In this document: one piece after another, positions 8,721 through 18,332 of the stretch
Layout: every line of letters begins with the position of its first letter
How positions within the stretch are numbered: the first letter of the stretch is position 1
Origin: an uncultured bacterium
Lineage (GTDB): Bacteria; Hydrogenedentota; Hydrogenedentia; Hydrogenedentales; JAEUWI01
NCBI GenBank assembly: GCA_963977445.1
Contig: CAXBPH010000015.1
Coordinates: forward strand, 1 to 44,522
DNA: 44,522 bases
Direction of reading: 5' to 3'
Notes under the pieces: model-generated
Told to the model about the DNA's origin: nothing
The model's database searches: none
Seen by the model: the letters and a program-made list of their open reading frames with translations, nothing else
Translations under genes and position numbers: made by a program

Positions 8721-9809
8721 GTGCTTAAAACCAACGAACGCCCAACCATTTATGATGTGGCGCGGCGCGCATCCGTATCGGCCAACACGGTCAGTCGGGC
8801 GCTGAATGGAAAACCCAATGTCGCCGAGGCGACCCGCCTTCGCATCGTGCAGGCCGCAGAGGAACTTCAATATCACCCCCACCTGGGTGCCCGCTCGCTC
8901 CGCACGGAACAAGAGGGCAGTGTGGGCCTGATTTTTCCGGCACCACCGAATATAATTCCTGTGGGCCGGAACTTCTTTCTCGATATGTGCTCCGAGCTTT
9001 ACCGCATCTTTGGAACGCAGGGCGACCGCATCGCCATCGACCTGAACCCCTACGCCGATGGAAAGAACCGTGATTATGCGCGAAGCGTCTGGGAAAAACG
9101 GTGTAGTGTCGCCTTTTTTGCCGGCCCGATGGCGAGTGACGACTCGATCATCGCCCGCGTTCATCATTCGGGGATACCCTATTTGACACTGGGCCGACTC
9201 GACAGCCTGCCGGAATGCAGCTGCGCGACGGTAGACTACGAGCAGGCCACCTATGATTCGGTCGCTTGCCTGGTCAGCAGAGGACATCGGCGAATTGGTC
9301 TTCTGCAGGGGCTGCCTGGTTTCCAACCGGGCGTGGAGCGTGAACGAGGCTATCTGCGCGCCCTGGAAGCCTTTGACATCGCACCGGAAAAGCGGCTCAT
9401 ACAACCCGTATCCTTTGATGCGTCGGAAGTTGCCCGCGCTACCTATCGCCTACTCAACGACCCTGGCGTTACCGCACTCGTGGAGGCCAGCGGCGCGGAG
9501 AATGCCACCGCCATCCGTGATAGTGCACGCCGTGCGGGCCGCCGGGTGGGCAAGGACTTCGACATCGTCTGCTGGACCTACTCCCTCCAGCACGCCCTGC
9601 TCAACGAGGCCGTTGCTCACCTCTGGCTCCCTGTCCGCGAGGCCGCGTCGGAGGGACTGGAGCTATTGGCCGAATGGCATCGGGGTGAACGGAGCGAACC
9701 CATCCGACTCGTTTACCAACCCACGCTCACCGAAACGAGTGCCCTGGATCCGGAACCGTCCGAAGAGGTCGCACGAGCGACCCACTTATTTGACGGAAAT
9801 CGGCTCTAA
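8721..9809 (+). CDS. LacI-family transcriptional regulator
   Basis: HTH PTIYDVARRASVSANTVSRALNG, hinge helix PHLGARSL, and sugar-binding-domain motif LVSRGHRRIG. GTG start at 8721. Confidence 0.92.
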   Translation: MLKTNERPTIYDVARRASVSANTVSRALNGKPNVAEATRLRIVQAAEELQYHPHLGARSLRTEQEGSVGLIFPAPPNIIPVGRNFFLDMCSELYRIFGTQGDRIAIDLNPYADGKNRDYARSVWEKRCSVAFFAGPMASDDSIIARVHHSGIPYLTLGRLDSLPECSCATVDYEQATYDSVACLVSRGHRRIGLLQGLPGFQPGVERERGYLRALEAFDIAPEKRLIQPVSFDASEVARATYRLLNDPGVTALVEASGAENATAIRDSARRAGRRVGKDFDIVCWTYSLQHALLNEAVAHLWLPVREAASEGLELLAEWHRGERSEPIRLVYQPTLTETSALDPEPSEEVARATHLFDGNRL

Positions 9810-9810
9810 T

Positions 9811-9855
9811 AAAAATCGGCCCTGACTTCGTTACAAAAGTCAGGGCCATTTAAAA
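9811..9855. terminator. Probable bidirectional terminator between convergent LacI gene and ilvB
   Basis: GGCCCTGACTT / AAGTCAGGGCC stem flanked by A/T tracts. Confidence 0.7.
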
Positions 9856-9876
9856 TTATGGAATAGGGCGTTGCGC

Positions 9877-11694
9877 CTAGAAGGCGTCTGCCGCATCGAG
9901 TTCGGCGATACCGTCTTCTTCACGTCCGGTTATGTGGGGACCGGTGAGCATGTCTTTGTAGGAAAGACCGGGGCCGACCATGGGGTAGACGAAGGCGTTG
10001 CTATCGGTCATTACTTCGAGAAAAGCGGGACCGTCAAACTTGATGAAGTCTTCGATGACCTTTTTGAGGTCATCGCGGTCTTCGACACGCTCGGCGAATT
10101 TATAGCCATCGGCCTTGGCGGCGGCGACGAAATCTTTCTGGTGCAGTGTTTTGTCGGTGCCGGAAAAGCGGCTGCCAAAATAAAGGGTCTGCCACTGAAC
10201 CACCATACCGTCACCCCGGTTGTTCAGGAGGAGGACCTTCACGGGAAGATCGTAGTTGGTGCAGGTCTCCATTTCACCGAGATTCATCCGAATGCTGCCA
10301 TCGCCATCGACGTCGATAACAATCTTATCGGGGCAACCTACCTGAGCGCCGACGGCGGCCGGGAGGCCGTAGCCCATGGTGCCCATGCTTCCGGAGGTCA
10401 GCCAGGTGCGGGGTTCTTTGAAATCGAAGTATTGGGCAGCAAACATCTGGTGCTGTCCAACACCGGTCGTGACAATAGCTTCACCTTTGGTAATCTCGTT
10501 GATGAGTGCCAGCACTTCCTGGGGCTGAATAACATCGCTTTCGGTGTTAAAGGCCATGTGGTGCTTTGCTTTAAGGGCCTGGACGTATTCCACCCAGGAC
10601 TTGTGCGTAAGTTCCGCTTTACCACCGGCAGCCGTCAGGGTGCGGAGCGTGAGGCCCGCGTCACCAACGTGGTGCCAATCGACGACCTTTACTTTACCGA
10701 TTTCTGCTGCGTCGATATCAATATGGGCGATTTTTGCGCGCGCCGCAAAGGCATCGGGCTTTCCGGCCACACGATCGTCAAATCGGGCACCGACAGCAAT
10801 TAGAAAATCGCAATCTTCAACGGCATAGTTGGCATAGGCCGTGCCGTGCATACCGAGCATATGGAGACACAGGGGGTCGGTGGTATCGATGCAGCCGATA
10901 CCCATGAGGGTGGTAACCACCGGGATTTGAAATTTATGAGCGAACTCGGTGAGTTCTTTACTGGCATTGCTGTTGATTACCCCGCCGCCCGCATAAATGA
11001 GGGGCCGTTTGGCGGTCTTCAGCAATTCCATGAATTCTTTGGCCTTTTTCTCGGGCAGGGTGGATCGCTCCATCCTATCGAGGCGGGCCTGATAGCCTTT
11101 GAGCTCGAGGGTTCCCGTACCGGAGAATTCGCCTTCCCAGTTTTGCACGTCTTTGGGGATATCGATGACGACCGGGCCGGGTCGGCCACTGCGGGCGATG
11201 TGGAAGGCCGCACGAACGGTCGCTTCGAGTTGCTCGGGTTCTTTCACGAGGAAAACGTGCTTCGCACAGCTGCTCATGATATTGAAAACGGGTGCTTCCT
11301 GGAAGGCATCGGTACCGACGGCTGCGCGGGGAACCTGGCCGCAGATAACAATCATGGGAATCGAGTCGGCCATGGCGTCGCGGACAGGTGTAACCGTATT
11401 GGTGGCACCGGGGCCTGAAGTCACGAGAGTCACGCCTACCTTGCCCGTTACGCGTGAGTAGCCCGCGGCCATAAAGCCAGCGCCTTGCTCATTGGCAGGG
11501 ACCAGTAGTTTGATTTCCTGTTCGGGATGCTCGGTGTTCCAGCGAAAGACCGCATCATAGGTGGGCAGGATTGCACCGCCGCTGTAACCGAATATGGCGT
11601 CGGTGCCTTCATCTGCGAGGACCTGAATCACCATATCGGCGCCGGTCATGGTTTTACCCGCCATAGGGTGATTTGCAACGTTTGCCGTAGCCAT
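9877..11694 (-). CDS. ilvB: Acetolactate synthase large (catalytic) subunit, biosynthetic type
   Basis: Motifs FGYSGGAILP, TSGPGATN, DAFQE, MLGMHG, RFDDRV, GVGQHQM and the TPP motif GDGS...NN. Confidence 0.95.
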   Translation of the reverse strand: MATANVANHPMAGKTMTGADMVIQVLADEGTDAIFGYSGGAILPTYDAVFRWNTEHPEQEIKLLVPANEQGAGFMAAGYSRVTGKVGVTLVTSGPGATNTVTPVRDAMADSIPMIVICGQVPRAAVGTDAFQEAPVFNIMSSCAKHVFLVKEPEQLEATVRAAFHIARSGRPGPVVIDIPKDVQNWEGEFSGTGTLELKGYQARLDRMERSTLPEKKAKEFMELLKTAKRPLIYAGGGVINSNASKELTEFAHKFQIPVVTTLMGIGCIDTTDPLCLHMLGMHGTAYANYAVEDCDFLIAVGARFDDRVAGKPDAFAARAKIAHIDIDAAEIGKVKVVDWHHVGDAGLTLRTLTAAGGKAELTHKSWVEYVQALKAKHHMAFNTESDVIQPQEVLALINEITKGEAIVTTGVGQHQMFAAQYFDFKEPRTWLTSGSMGTMGYGLPAAVGAQVGCPDKIVIDVDGDGSIRMNLGEMETCTNYDLPVKVLLLNNRGDGMVVQWQTLYFGSRFSGTDKTLHQKDFVAAAKADGYKFAERVEDRDDLKKVIEDFIKFDGPAFLEVMTDSNAFVYPMVGPGLSYKDMLTGPHITGREEDGIAELDAADAF

Positions 11695-11852
11695 CAGTCC
11701 CTGTCTCCTTACGTTCGTTTCAAGTCATAGTTCGGCGGTTGTCGCGACGCAACACTCGCTGGCCATGGGTTCCTGGATTATAGATACGCTGCTATAACCC
11801 CGTATATGCATGCTTTTTCCTGTTGCACAGTGTGCTAACCGGTCTCAACGTG

Positions 11853-11891
11853 AAAAAGAGCGCCGCGGGGCATTCACCTGGCGGCGCTCTT
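11853..11891 (-). terminator. Intrinsic terminator of rpsA
   Basis: AAGAGCGCCGC / GCGGCGCTCTT stem ending in a T run on the minus strand. Confidence 0.8.
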
Positions 11892-11920
11892 GTAGCATCA
11901 CGTCAATAAAACGATAGGTT

Positions 11921-13927
11921 TTACTCAGTCGTTTCGGATTCTGCGCTCTTTACAGCTTCTTCTGTCGCTGCAGGAGCTTCCTCCGTTGCGGCGGGAGCTT
12001 CCTCCGTGGCGGCGGGAGCTTCCTCTGTTGCGGCAGGAGCTTCTTCCGATGCGGCTGCAGCGGCAGTCGCTTCGGCTTCTGCTTCGGCGGCTACAGCAGC
12101 GGTACGGGCGGCTTCTGCCTTGCTGACTGCTGCCATCATTTCGTGAGCAACGTCGGCAAGACTACGACCAGCCTGCATCATGGTATCCGGTACGGATCCC
12201 TGCATAACGGCACCCACATCGACCTTACCACCGCTTTCGCCGTGTTCGCTCATCAGGGTACTGTCCAGGTCACGCTGGGCTTCGCGGATGCTCAAGCCAA
12301 TCTTGCGGTCAGCAGCACTGATGCTGATGACTTTCGCCGTTACCTTGTCACCGATATTGAGGACTTCTTCGGGCTTCTGCACGCGGTCGCTCGAAAGCTC
12401 GCTCACGTGAATCAGACCTTCGATGCCATTGTCCAACTTGGCGAAGGCACCAAAGCTCACGAGCTTGGCAATCTCTACTTCGACCACGCTGCCCATAGGC
12501 ATTTTCTCAATGACGGCCAACCAGGGGTCGGTCTCAAGCTGCTTCATACCCACGCTGATCTTTTCGGTCTCGGGGTCGATGCTGAGAATCTTGACGGGAA
12601 TTTCCTGACCCTTTTCCAGTACTTCGGAGGGATGAGGAACTTTCTTCGTCCAGGAAATATCGCTCACGTGGAGCAGACCGTCGATACCTTCTTCGATCTG
12701 AACAAACGCGCCGTAGTCGGTGAGGTTGCGAACAATACCCGTAACCGTCGAGTTGACGGGGTAACGCTCGGCAAGCTGCTTCCAGGGGTTGGGCTGGGTC
12801 TGTTTGATACCCAGGGCGATCTTTTCGGAGTCGGGATCCACGGTAAGTACCATGACGTCGACTTCCGCATCCAACTCAAGGATTTCATTGGGGTGACGCA
12901 CGCGGCGGGTCCAGCTCATTTCGCTGACGTGAACCATGCCTTCGATGCCTTCTTCCAACTGGACGAATGCACCGTAGTCGGTCATGCTGACTACGCGGCC
13001 ACGAACAACATTACCCACGGGATAACGGTCAACGGCCGTCTTCCAGGGGTTGTCGCTCTTCTGCTTCAGACCCAGGCTGATACGCTCAGACTGCGGGTCG
13101 AAGCTGAGGACCATAACTTCGATTTCCTGGCCAACCTGAACAACCTGGGAAGGGTGCTTGACCCGGCCCCAGCTCATGTCGGTGACGTGAAGGAGGCCGT
13201 CGATACCACCAACGTCGACGAAGGCACCGAAATCGGTGATGTTCTTCACTTCGCCCTTGAGGATCTTGCCTACTTCTATGGTTTCAAGCAGCTTTTCTTT
13301 TTCACCGGCGCGCTGCTCTTCGAGCAACTTACGACGGCTCACCACCACATTGCGGCGGCGCTTGGTCAGCTTGATGATCTTGAGTTCCATCGACTCGCCA
13401 ATATAGCGCTCGAGGTCGCCCATGGGGCGGAAAGTCAGCTGGCTGGCCGGCATGAAGGCGTCGATACCAATGTCGACTTTCAGGCCGCCCTTGACCCGAC
13501 GAACGATGGTACCTTCGATGGTGCCGTCTGCTTCGTAGATCTCCTGGACTTTTTCCCAGTTCTTAATCCGGTCTGCTTTCATTTTAGACAGGACAGGAAG
13601 ACCGGCGTCGTTTTCGGGATCTTCAATGTAGAAATCGAATTCGTCGCCTACGGCCATTTTGTCGGCCTGCAGGAACTCGGAGCAGGGAACGATGCCCTCA
13701 CTCTTGTATCCGATGTCTACGAGAACGCGGTCATCGGATATTTCCATGACCTTCCCGCGAACAACTTCGCCTTCTTTGAAGTTCTGGGCGCCCTCACCGA
13801 AGAGGGATTCCATACTATTGGCAGCCAGTTCGGCTTCGAGCTCCGAATCCAGTTCGGAGAGCCCATCCATCATGATGGACTCCATTAGCTGCCGGTTTGA
13901 TTCCGTGATTTCTGTTGCTTGACTCAT
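11921..13927 (-). CDS. rpsA: 30S ribosomal protein S1 (six S1 domains) with acidic Ala/Glu-rich tail
   Basis: VDIGYKSEG, AFMPASQ and repeated (D/S)(F/Y)GAF...EG(L/M)xHxS S1 units. Confidence 0.97.
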   Translation of the reverse strand: MSQATEITESNRQLMESIMMDGLSELDSELEAELAANSMESLFGEGAQNFKEGEVVRGKVMEISDDRVLVDIGYKSEGIVPCSEFLQADKMAVGDEFDFYIEDPENDAGLPVLSKMKADRIKNWEKVQEIYEADGTIEGTIVRRVKGGLKVDIGIDAFMPASQLTFRPMGDLERYIGESMELKIIKLTKRRRNVVVSRRKLLEEQRAGEKEKLLETIEVGKILKGEVKNITDFGAFVDVGGIDGLLHVTDMSWGRVKHPSQVVQVGQEIEVMVLSFDPQSERISLGLKQKSDNPWKTAVDRYPVGNVVRGRVVSMTDYGAFVQLEEGIEGMVHVSEMSWTRRVRHPNEILELDAEVDVMVLTVDPDSEKIALGIKQTQPNPWKQLAERYPVNSTVTGIVRNLTDYGAFVQIEEGIDGLLHVSDISWTKKVPHPSEVLEKGQEIPVKILSIDPETEKISVGMKQLETDPWLAVIEKMPMGSVVEVEIAKLVSFGAFAKLDNGIEGLIHVSELSSDRVQKPEEVLNIGDKVTAKVISISAADRKIGLSIREAQRDLDSTLMSEHGESGGKVDVGAVMQGSVPDTMMQAGRSLADVAHEMMAAVSKAEAARTAAVAAEAEAEATAAAAASEEAPAATEEAPAATEEAPAATEEAPAATEEAVKSAESETTE
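11954..12047 (-). repeat. 21-bp coding tandem repeat, about 4.5 copies (EEAPAAT), in the rpsA tail
   Basis: AGCTTC(C/T)TC units start at 11954, 11975, 11996, 12017 and 12038. Confidence 0.9.
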
Positions 13928-13983
13928 GAGAAGAACTCATCTCCTTTAAAGAATGGATTTACCGCACAAGACGGCATCTTGGT

Positions 13984-14013
13984 AGCGTAACAAATGAATT
14001 GCCCTAGAGTCAA
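13984..14013 (-). promoter_or_regulatory. Putative rpsA promoter (TTGACT-18 nt-TACGCT, extended TG)
   Basis: Minus strand reads TTGACTctagggcaattcattTGtTACGCT, 56 nt upstream of the ATG. Confidence 0.5.
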
Positions 14014-14146
14014 ACAGGACCTTGGGCTCATTTGCCCATGGGGATGGCAAAAAAGATTGTAGCGAGTACGCCCACCGTTCTTGCGCGATGGCACCATCCC
14101 GCGGGACGGAATCTGGTGACTCCTGCACCCCATTTGAGGAACGGAG

Positions 14147-14944
14147 CTATCGGGAGTGGCGCTCTGCTTCCAGCCGTTGAAGGCGATTGGCAACCCGCTC
14201 GAAACCGCCATTGTGGGCCAGGGTTGCGAGGGACCAGTTTTCACCGGGTGTCCGCTGGTCTGGATCACCACCTGCCGCCAGAAGCAGCTCCATCGACTCC
14301 ATCCCTCCTGCGGCGACGGCCAACTGCAGGGCGGAACGGTGCTCATCGTCTCTTGCGTCTACCTGGACGCCATTTTCGAGAAGCAGACGCACGATGACCG
14401 GGTCACTTCGCCGAACCGCAAGCATGAGTGGCCTGCACCCCGCTGCGTGGGTATGCTCCACGTTGGCTCCACGCTTCAAGAGCATTTCGACCAACTCGAG
14501 GCGGCCCTTATCAATGGCGAGCACCAGTGCGGTGCGGCCGTGGGACTCAACGGCCTCGATGTCTGCACCATTGTCGAGGAGCAGCGTCGCAACATCCGTA
14601 TGGCCTTGGGCCGCCGCTGCCAACAGGGGGGTGACCCCTTTCTTGGGGGCCTTGTCTACCTGGGCCCCCTGTGTTATCAAAATCTGGGCAACGGTCGTGT
14701 GCCCACCCTTTGCGGCATAATAGAGGGCCGTATTGCCATTGCGGCCACTTCGGTTCACTTCCGCACCACAACGCAGGAGCAGGCGAAGCGCGTCGACGTG
14801 GCCTCCGCTGGCTGCCAGCCCCAGGGGCGTTGCCCGCTCACTATTGCGCTCATCGGCCGACTTGCCTTTGTCGATCAACGTTGTGAGCCGCTTTACATCC
14901 CCTTTTTCGGCAGCTTCGAAGAGGGATCGAAACATGCTAATCAT
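14147..14944 (-). CDS. Ankyrin repeat protein
   Basis: About seven G.T(P/A)L..A...G....V..LL..GA.V(N/D) repeats. GAGGAG RBS precedes ATG 14944. Confidence 0.9.
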   Translation of the reverse strand: MISMFRSLFEAAEKGDVKRLTTLIDKGKSADERNSERATPLGLAASGGHVDALRLLLRCGAEVNRSGRNGNTALYYAAKGGHTTVAQILITQGAQVDKAPKKGVTPLLAAAAQGHTDVATLLLDNGADIEAVESHGRTALVLAIDKGRLELVEMLLKRGANVEHTHAAGCRPLMLAVRRSDPVIVRLLLENGVQVDARDDEHRSALQLAVAAGGMESMELLLAAGGDPDQRTPGENWSLATLAHNGGFERVANRLQRLEAERHSR

Positions 14945-15063
14945 GAAGGTCTCCTCGTTAAGAAATGGGAGTTCTGCCGCAGTTACCCCGATGCAACCGC
15001 CATTCATAACTTAGCAGTCCGCTCCAACCCGTTCAAGTACTGGCAGCATTCCGACCCGTAAAT

Positions 15064-15831
15064 TCACCCTTTCGGTGAGATGCCGGGCCCTTCAATATAC
15101 TGGGTGAAGGTCTCTCCATCCCAGATGGTGTGGGAGCGATGGACCAGCCAATCTCCTGTATTGATATAGTGTCCCTCGCCGGTGGGCGTGGGCAATTGCT
15201 CCAGGACAGGCGCGTGGGCATGGCCACACACGACGACATCGGCGGCACCCTCGGCCAACACCTTGGTCGCGTAACGTCGAAGGGATTGGGCCTCGGGTCC
15301 ATTGGCCGGATCGTCGGTCCCCAGAAAGGTGCGGCTGCCATGGCTCACCCCTCGGGCGATGGCCATGGCCCAGTCGGGATGAATGCACCGAAATGCGCTG
15401 ACCACGAAGGGATTGCGGGCAAACTTCTTGTAGGCCCGGTATCGGCGGTCTTCGGGATTGATGCCATCCCCATGGACCAGATGGCCCCGCAAGGAACCGA
15501 ATTGGTGTTCCATAATATCGGGGTGGATATGAAAGCCCAACTCATCGCGAAGAAAACGGCCGGCCCAGAAATCGTGGTTGCCACAAATCAGATGGAGCTC
15601 GACGCCCTTATCGCGAATGTCGGCAAAGGCCCGTAATACGTCGAAGAAATCGGAGAAGATAACATTGCCATACTCGAACCAGAAGTCAAAGAGATCGCCC
15701 AGGCAAATGAAGGTATCGAACTCATCGGGTGAAAAGCGGTGAAGGAAGTCGATAAATTCCTGATGACGCCCTTTGTCCTCCGCTATGGCCTTGAGGTGGA
15801 CATCACTGAAGAGCAGTGTTTTTTTTGTCAC
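15064..15831 (-). CDS. lpxH: UDP-2,3-diacylglucosamine diphosphatase-family metallophosphoesterase
   Basis: Motifs SDVHL, GDLFDFWFE, GNHD, HGD, GHAH and NTGDW. Confidence 0.75.
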   Translation of the reverse strand: MTKKTLLFSDVHLKAIAEDKGRHQEFIDFLHRFSPDEFDTFICLGDLFDFWFEYGNVIFSDFFDVLRAFADIRDKGVELHLICGNHDFWAGRFLRDELGFHIHPDIMEHQFGSLRGHLVHGDGINPEDRRYRAYKKFARNPFVVSAFRCIHPDWAMAIARGVSHGSRTFLGTDDPANGPEAQSLRRYATKVLAEGAADVVVCGHAHAPVLEQLPTPTGEGHYINTGDWLVHRSHTIWDGETFTQYIEGPGISPKG

Positions 15832-15924
15832 ACGAGGTCTCCAGGGGTGGGTCGCATGGGAATAGAGTTTTGCGTTGCGGAATTCGCCTTGGTCTGACCT
15901 GCCCCAACGTGATGGGGCCCGTCA

Positions 15925-16632
15925 TCACAGCCAGCCGAAACTGCTCAAGGGCCAAATCCGAATAAGCGCCTTGCCAATGATCTGCTCTTCGTGAACTTCC
16001 TGGAAACTGCGGCTGTCTTTGCTGACACTTCGGTGATCACCGAGAACATAGAACTCGCCCGCATCCAGATAGAGCGGCTCACGAACATCGGGGGACTGCT
16101 GTTCTTCGTGAACTAAATAGGGCTCGTCAATCTTTTGATTGTTGACGTACACGGAGCCGTATTCAAAGAGGACCTTGACACTATCCGGGTCGAATCCATC
16201 GGGATGTACCGCGTCGGCTTCCACCGTATTGCGACTTGCGAGGGGCGCCCCGGCAGCGATGACGCGCTTGATATAGCGCTTATTGGGCTCAACATTGCTG
16301 TCGAAAACCACAATATCACCGGGATCCAGCGGCCGAAAGCCACCAATAAAAGGCAGATTGGCGAGCTTGGTGGGCAATTTGAAGACCAGAATTCGTTCGC
16401 GGTCTTCCAAGGTGGGAATCATGGAATCCCCCTGAACCTCGTAACCCTCAATAACAAAAGCCTTTAGACCCCAAAAAACAATCAAGAAGAGTACAACCAT
16501 CTTGACCAATTCGGTAACTTCCCGCCGCATATCCTGTGGCGGTTCTTCCCCCTCTTTCGAGGGTTCTACGCGATCTTGCACGTCCAACTTGTCATCCTTG
16601 TCCAGCGACTGAGTATGGTCGAAATGTACCAT
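15925..16632 (-). CDS. lepB: Signal peptidase I
   Basis: Single TM helix, then GDSMIPTL (catalytic Ser), YIKRVI (Lys) and GDHRSVSKDSR. Exact start is uncertain because it overlaps the PHP gene by 41 bp. Confidence 0.9.
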   Translation of the reverse strand: MVHFDHTQSLDKDDKLDVQDRVEPSKEGEEPPQDMRREVTELVKMVVLFLIVFWGLKAFVIEGYEVQGDSMIPTLEDRERILVFKLPTKLANLPFIGGFRPLDPGDIVVFDSNVEPNKRYIKRVIAAGAPLASRNTVEADAVHPDGFDPDSVKVLFEYGSVYVNNQKIDEPYLVHEEQQSPDVREPLYLDAGEFYVLGDHRSVSKDSRSFQEVHEEQIIGKALIRIWPLSSFGWL

Positions 16633-17218
16633 GCCGCAGCGAATTCCGCAAGTCTTCCATCGATTGGACCGGGTTCAGAAACTCGGTGGCATAGGCCCCC
16701 ACGTCTTCCAGACGATGGGCATCGCTCGATGTAGTAACGCGCCGCCCGAGGTCATCGGCAAGCTTTTTGGCCAGCCGTTGCTCATGGGGCGCGAGATTTA
16801 CGCTCTTCACTTCCAATGCCTCGAAAGGCATGTCCAATATTCGTTCATCAAAGGGGATGGCGGCCCGGGTCGGATGGGCGGCCACACAGACAGCCCCCAT
16901 CTCTTGTGCCTTAGCCAACATCACTTCTGGCGGGCGACCCGGCTCAAAGGCGGCCACCTGCTCGGGATCCAATCCATATATCAGTATATCACCCTTGGAG
17001 GAGCTATACTCGAAACCGGCCAGGAGGATAAAACCCGGATGCCCGGATGTGTCCACGAGCTCATCCATTTCCTCCCGCGTCCACTGATAATGATGCTCCG
17101 TAAGCACGAGGCCATCCAGTCCCTTGCGGACCGCCCGATCAATGAGGAGCGATTCGTCTATGGCACTGCAGGCAGAATGACGCCGGGTGTGCAGGTGCAG
17201 ATCAAAGACTAAACCCAT
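16592..17218 (-). CDS. Stand-alone PHP-family metal-dependent phosphoesterase
   Basis: Motifs DLHLHT, LTEH, AAHP and SSDAH. AAGGAG RBS. Confidence 0.88.
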   Translation of the reverse strand: MGLVFDLHLHTRRHSACSAIDESLLIDRAVRKGLDGLVLTEHHYQWTREEMDELVDTSGHPGFILLAGFEYSSSKGDILIYGLDPEQVAAFEPGRPPEVMLAKAQEMGAVCVAAHPTRAAIPFDERILDMPFEALEVKSVNLAPHEQRLAKKLADDLGRRVTTSSDAHRLEDVGAYATEFLNPVQSMEDLRNSLRHGTFRPYSVAGQG

Positions 17219-17255
17219 GCTGCTCCTTCCACAGGCCGACGCGCCTGAGTAATCC

Positions 17256-18332
17256 TTAATCTAACGCCAGACCCAGTGCCTGAATCAGGGGCGATTCCTT
17301 TACATACCGGGGCATGATGATTTCGAGATCACGGGTAACAAACTGGCGCACTACAAAAAGCACACCGGCGGGGTGGGCATAGGCGAGTTCTTTTACATAA
17401 TCCCACCAGGCCTCATTGGTCAGGACGCGCCCCAGCAGAAGCCGGGGAATTTCTGCCGGATCCTCTTCCTGATGCTGGGCCTCAATTTCTTCGGCCAACC
17501 CGACGCGGGCTTCTTTATTGGCTTGCTGCTGAAGGCGCGAACCAATTTTTTCCACCAGGCGGATGGCGTCTTTATAGCGGGCAACAAAGGCCGCCCATTC
17601 CGGGTCAATCTGGTGGACCAGCTCCACGAGGAAGGCAAGGCGTTGTTCCAGTGTCCGGGATTCTAGTCGCCCGGCCATTTCAGAATTCAACAGCAAATAC
17701 CCCAACGCCACATTGACGTGGGTCTCCGGGGGCTGCAATGCCAGGGCATCTTCGGGACGGCGGGGATATTCCGCATGGAGTATCTGGGCCTTGCTCTGAT
17801 AATTCGACGGCGTGGGCATGGGTTCGGGAAAGGCCGCATAGTCGTAGTCGAGGCCCATGGCGATGCGATAACCCCGCACCGCCGTGGTGATATCACCCTT
17901 ATCCAGGGCTTCATCGGCCTGTTCGAGATAGACCTTCTGAATCCGACCCCGAATACGGAGAAGTTCATAGGCCTGGGCAGCAGCGCGATATTTGCCGAGC
18001 CGAACCGCATTATCCGCCAACAACGTAACCAGGCTGGCCGGCAACTGGGCGGGGCCATTCTTGGCCAATTGGGCCATGACGTGTTCCCGTACTGCGGGTT
18101 CCTGAACGGCCTGGAGGGCACCATCAAAGAGCGTCCCCGAGGCGTCTTCCTCCGTCAGGTAGGCATAACGTTCATCGGCGATATTCTCGGTGGAACTATC
18201 ACGCAATGGCGAGTAGGAGACAAAGAGGAAACGAAAATTGACGATATCCCCTTCCGCCACGGTTTTGGCGAGGCATTTATCGATTGTCGCTTGATCCACG
18301 GCGGGTTTCACCGTAACTTTATTTCTGGCCAT
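17256..18332 (-). CDS. Uncharacterised 358-aa helical protein with TPR-like hairpins
   Basis: Long ORF whose ATG overlaps the upstream stop (TAATG at 18334-18330). Segments LADNAVRLGKYRAAAQAY and QADEALDKGDITTAVRGY look TPR-like. Confidence 0.75.
   Translation of the reverse strand: MARNKVTVKPAVDQATIDKCLAKTVAEGDIVNFRFLFVSYSPLRDSSTENIADERYAYLTEEDASGTLFDGALQAVQEPAVREHVMAQLAKNGPAQLPASLVTLLADNAVRLGKYRAAAQAYELLRIRGRIQKVYLEQADEALDKGDITTAVRGYRIAMGLDYDYAAFPEPMPTPSNYQSKAQILHAEYPRRPEDALALQPPETHVNVALGYLLLNSEMAGRLESRTLEQRLAFLVELVHQIDPEWAAFVARYKDAIRLVEKIGSRLQQQANKEARVGLAEEIEAQHQEEDPAEIPRLLLGRVLTNEAWWDYVKELAYAHPAGVLFVVRQFVTRDLEIIMPRYVKESPLIQALGLALD

Noticed and set aside
11695..11850. Classical ilv attenuator or T-box
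   Set aside because: No Ile/Leu/Val-rich leader peptide, T-box motif or terminator hairpin between the promoter and ilvB.
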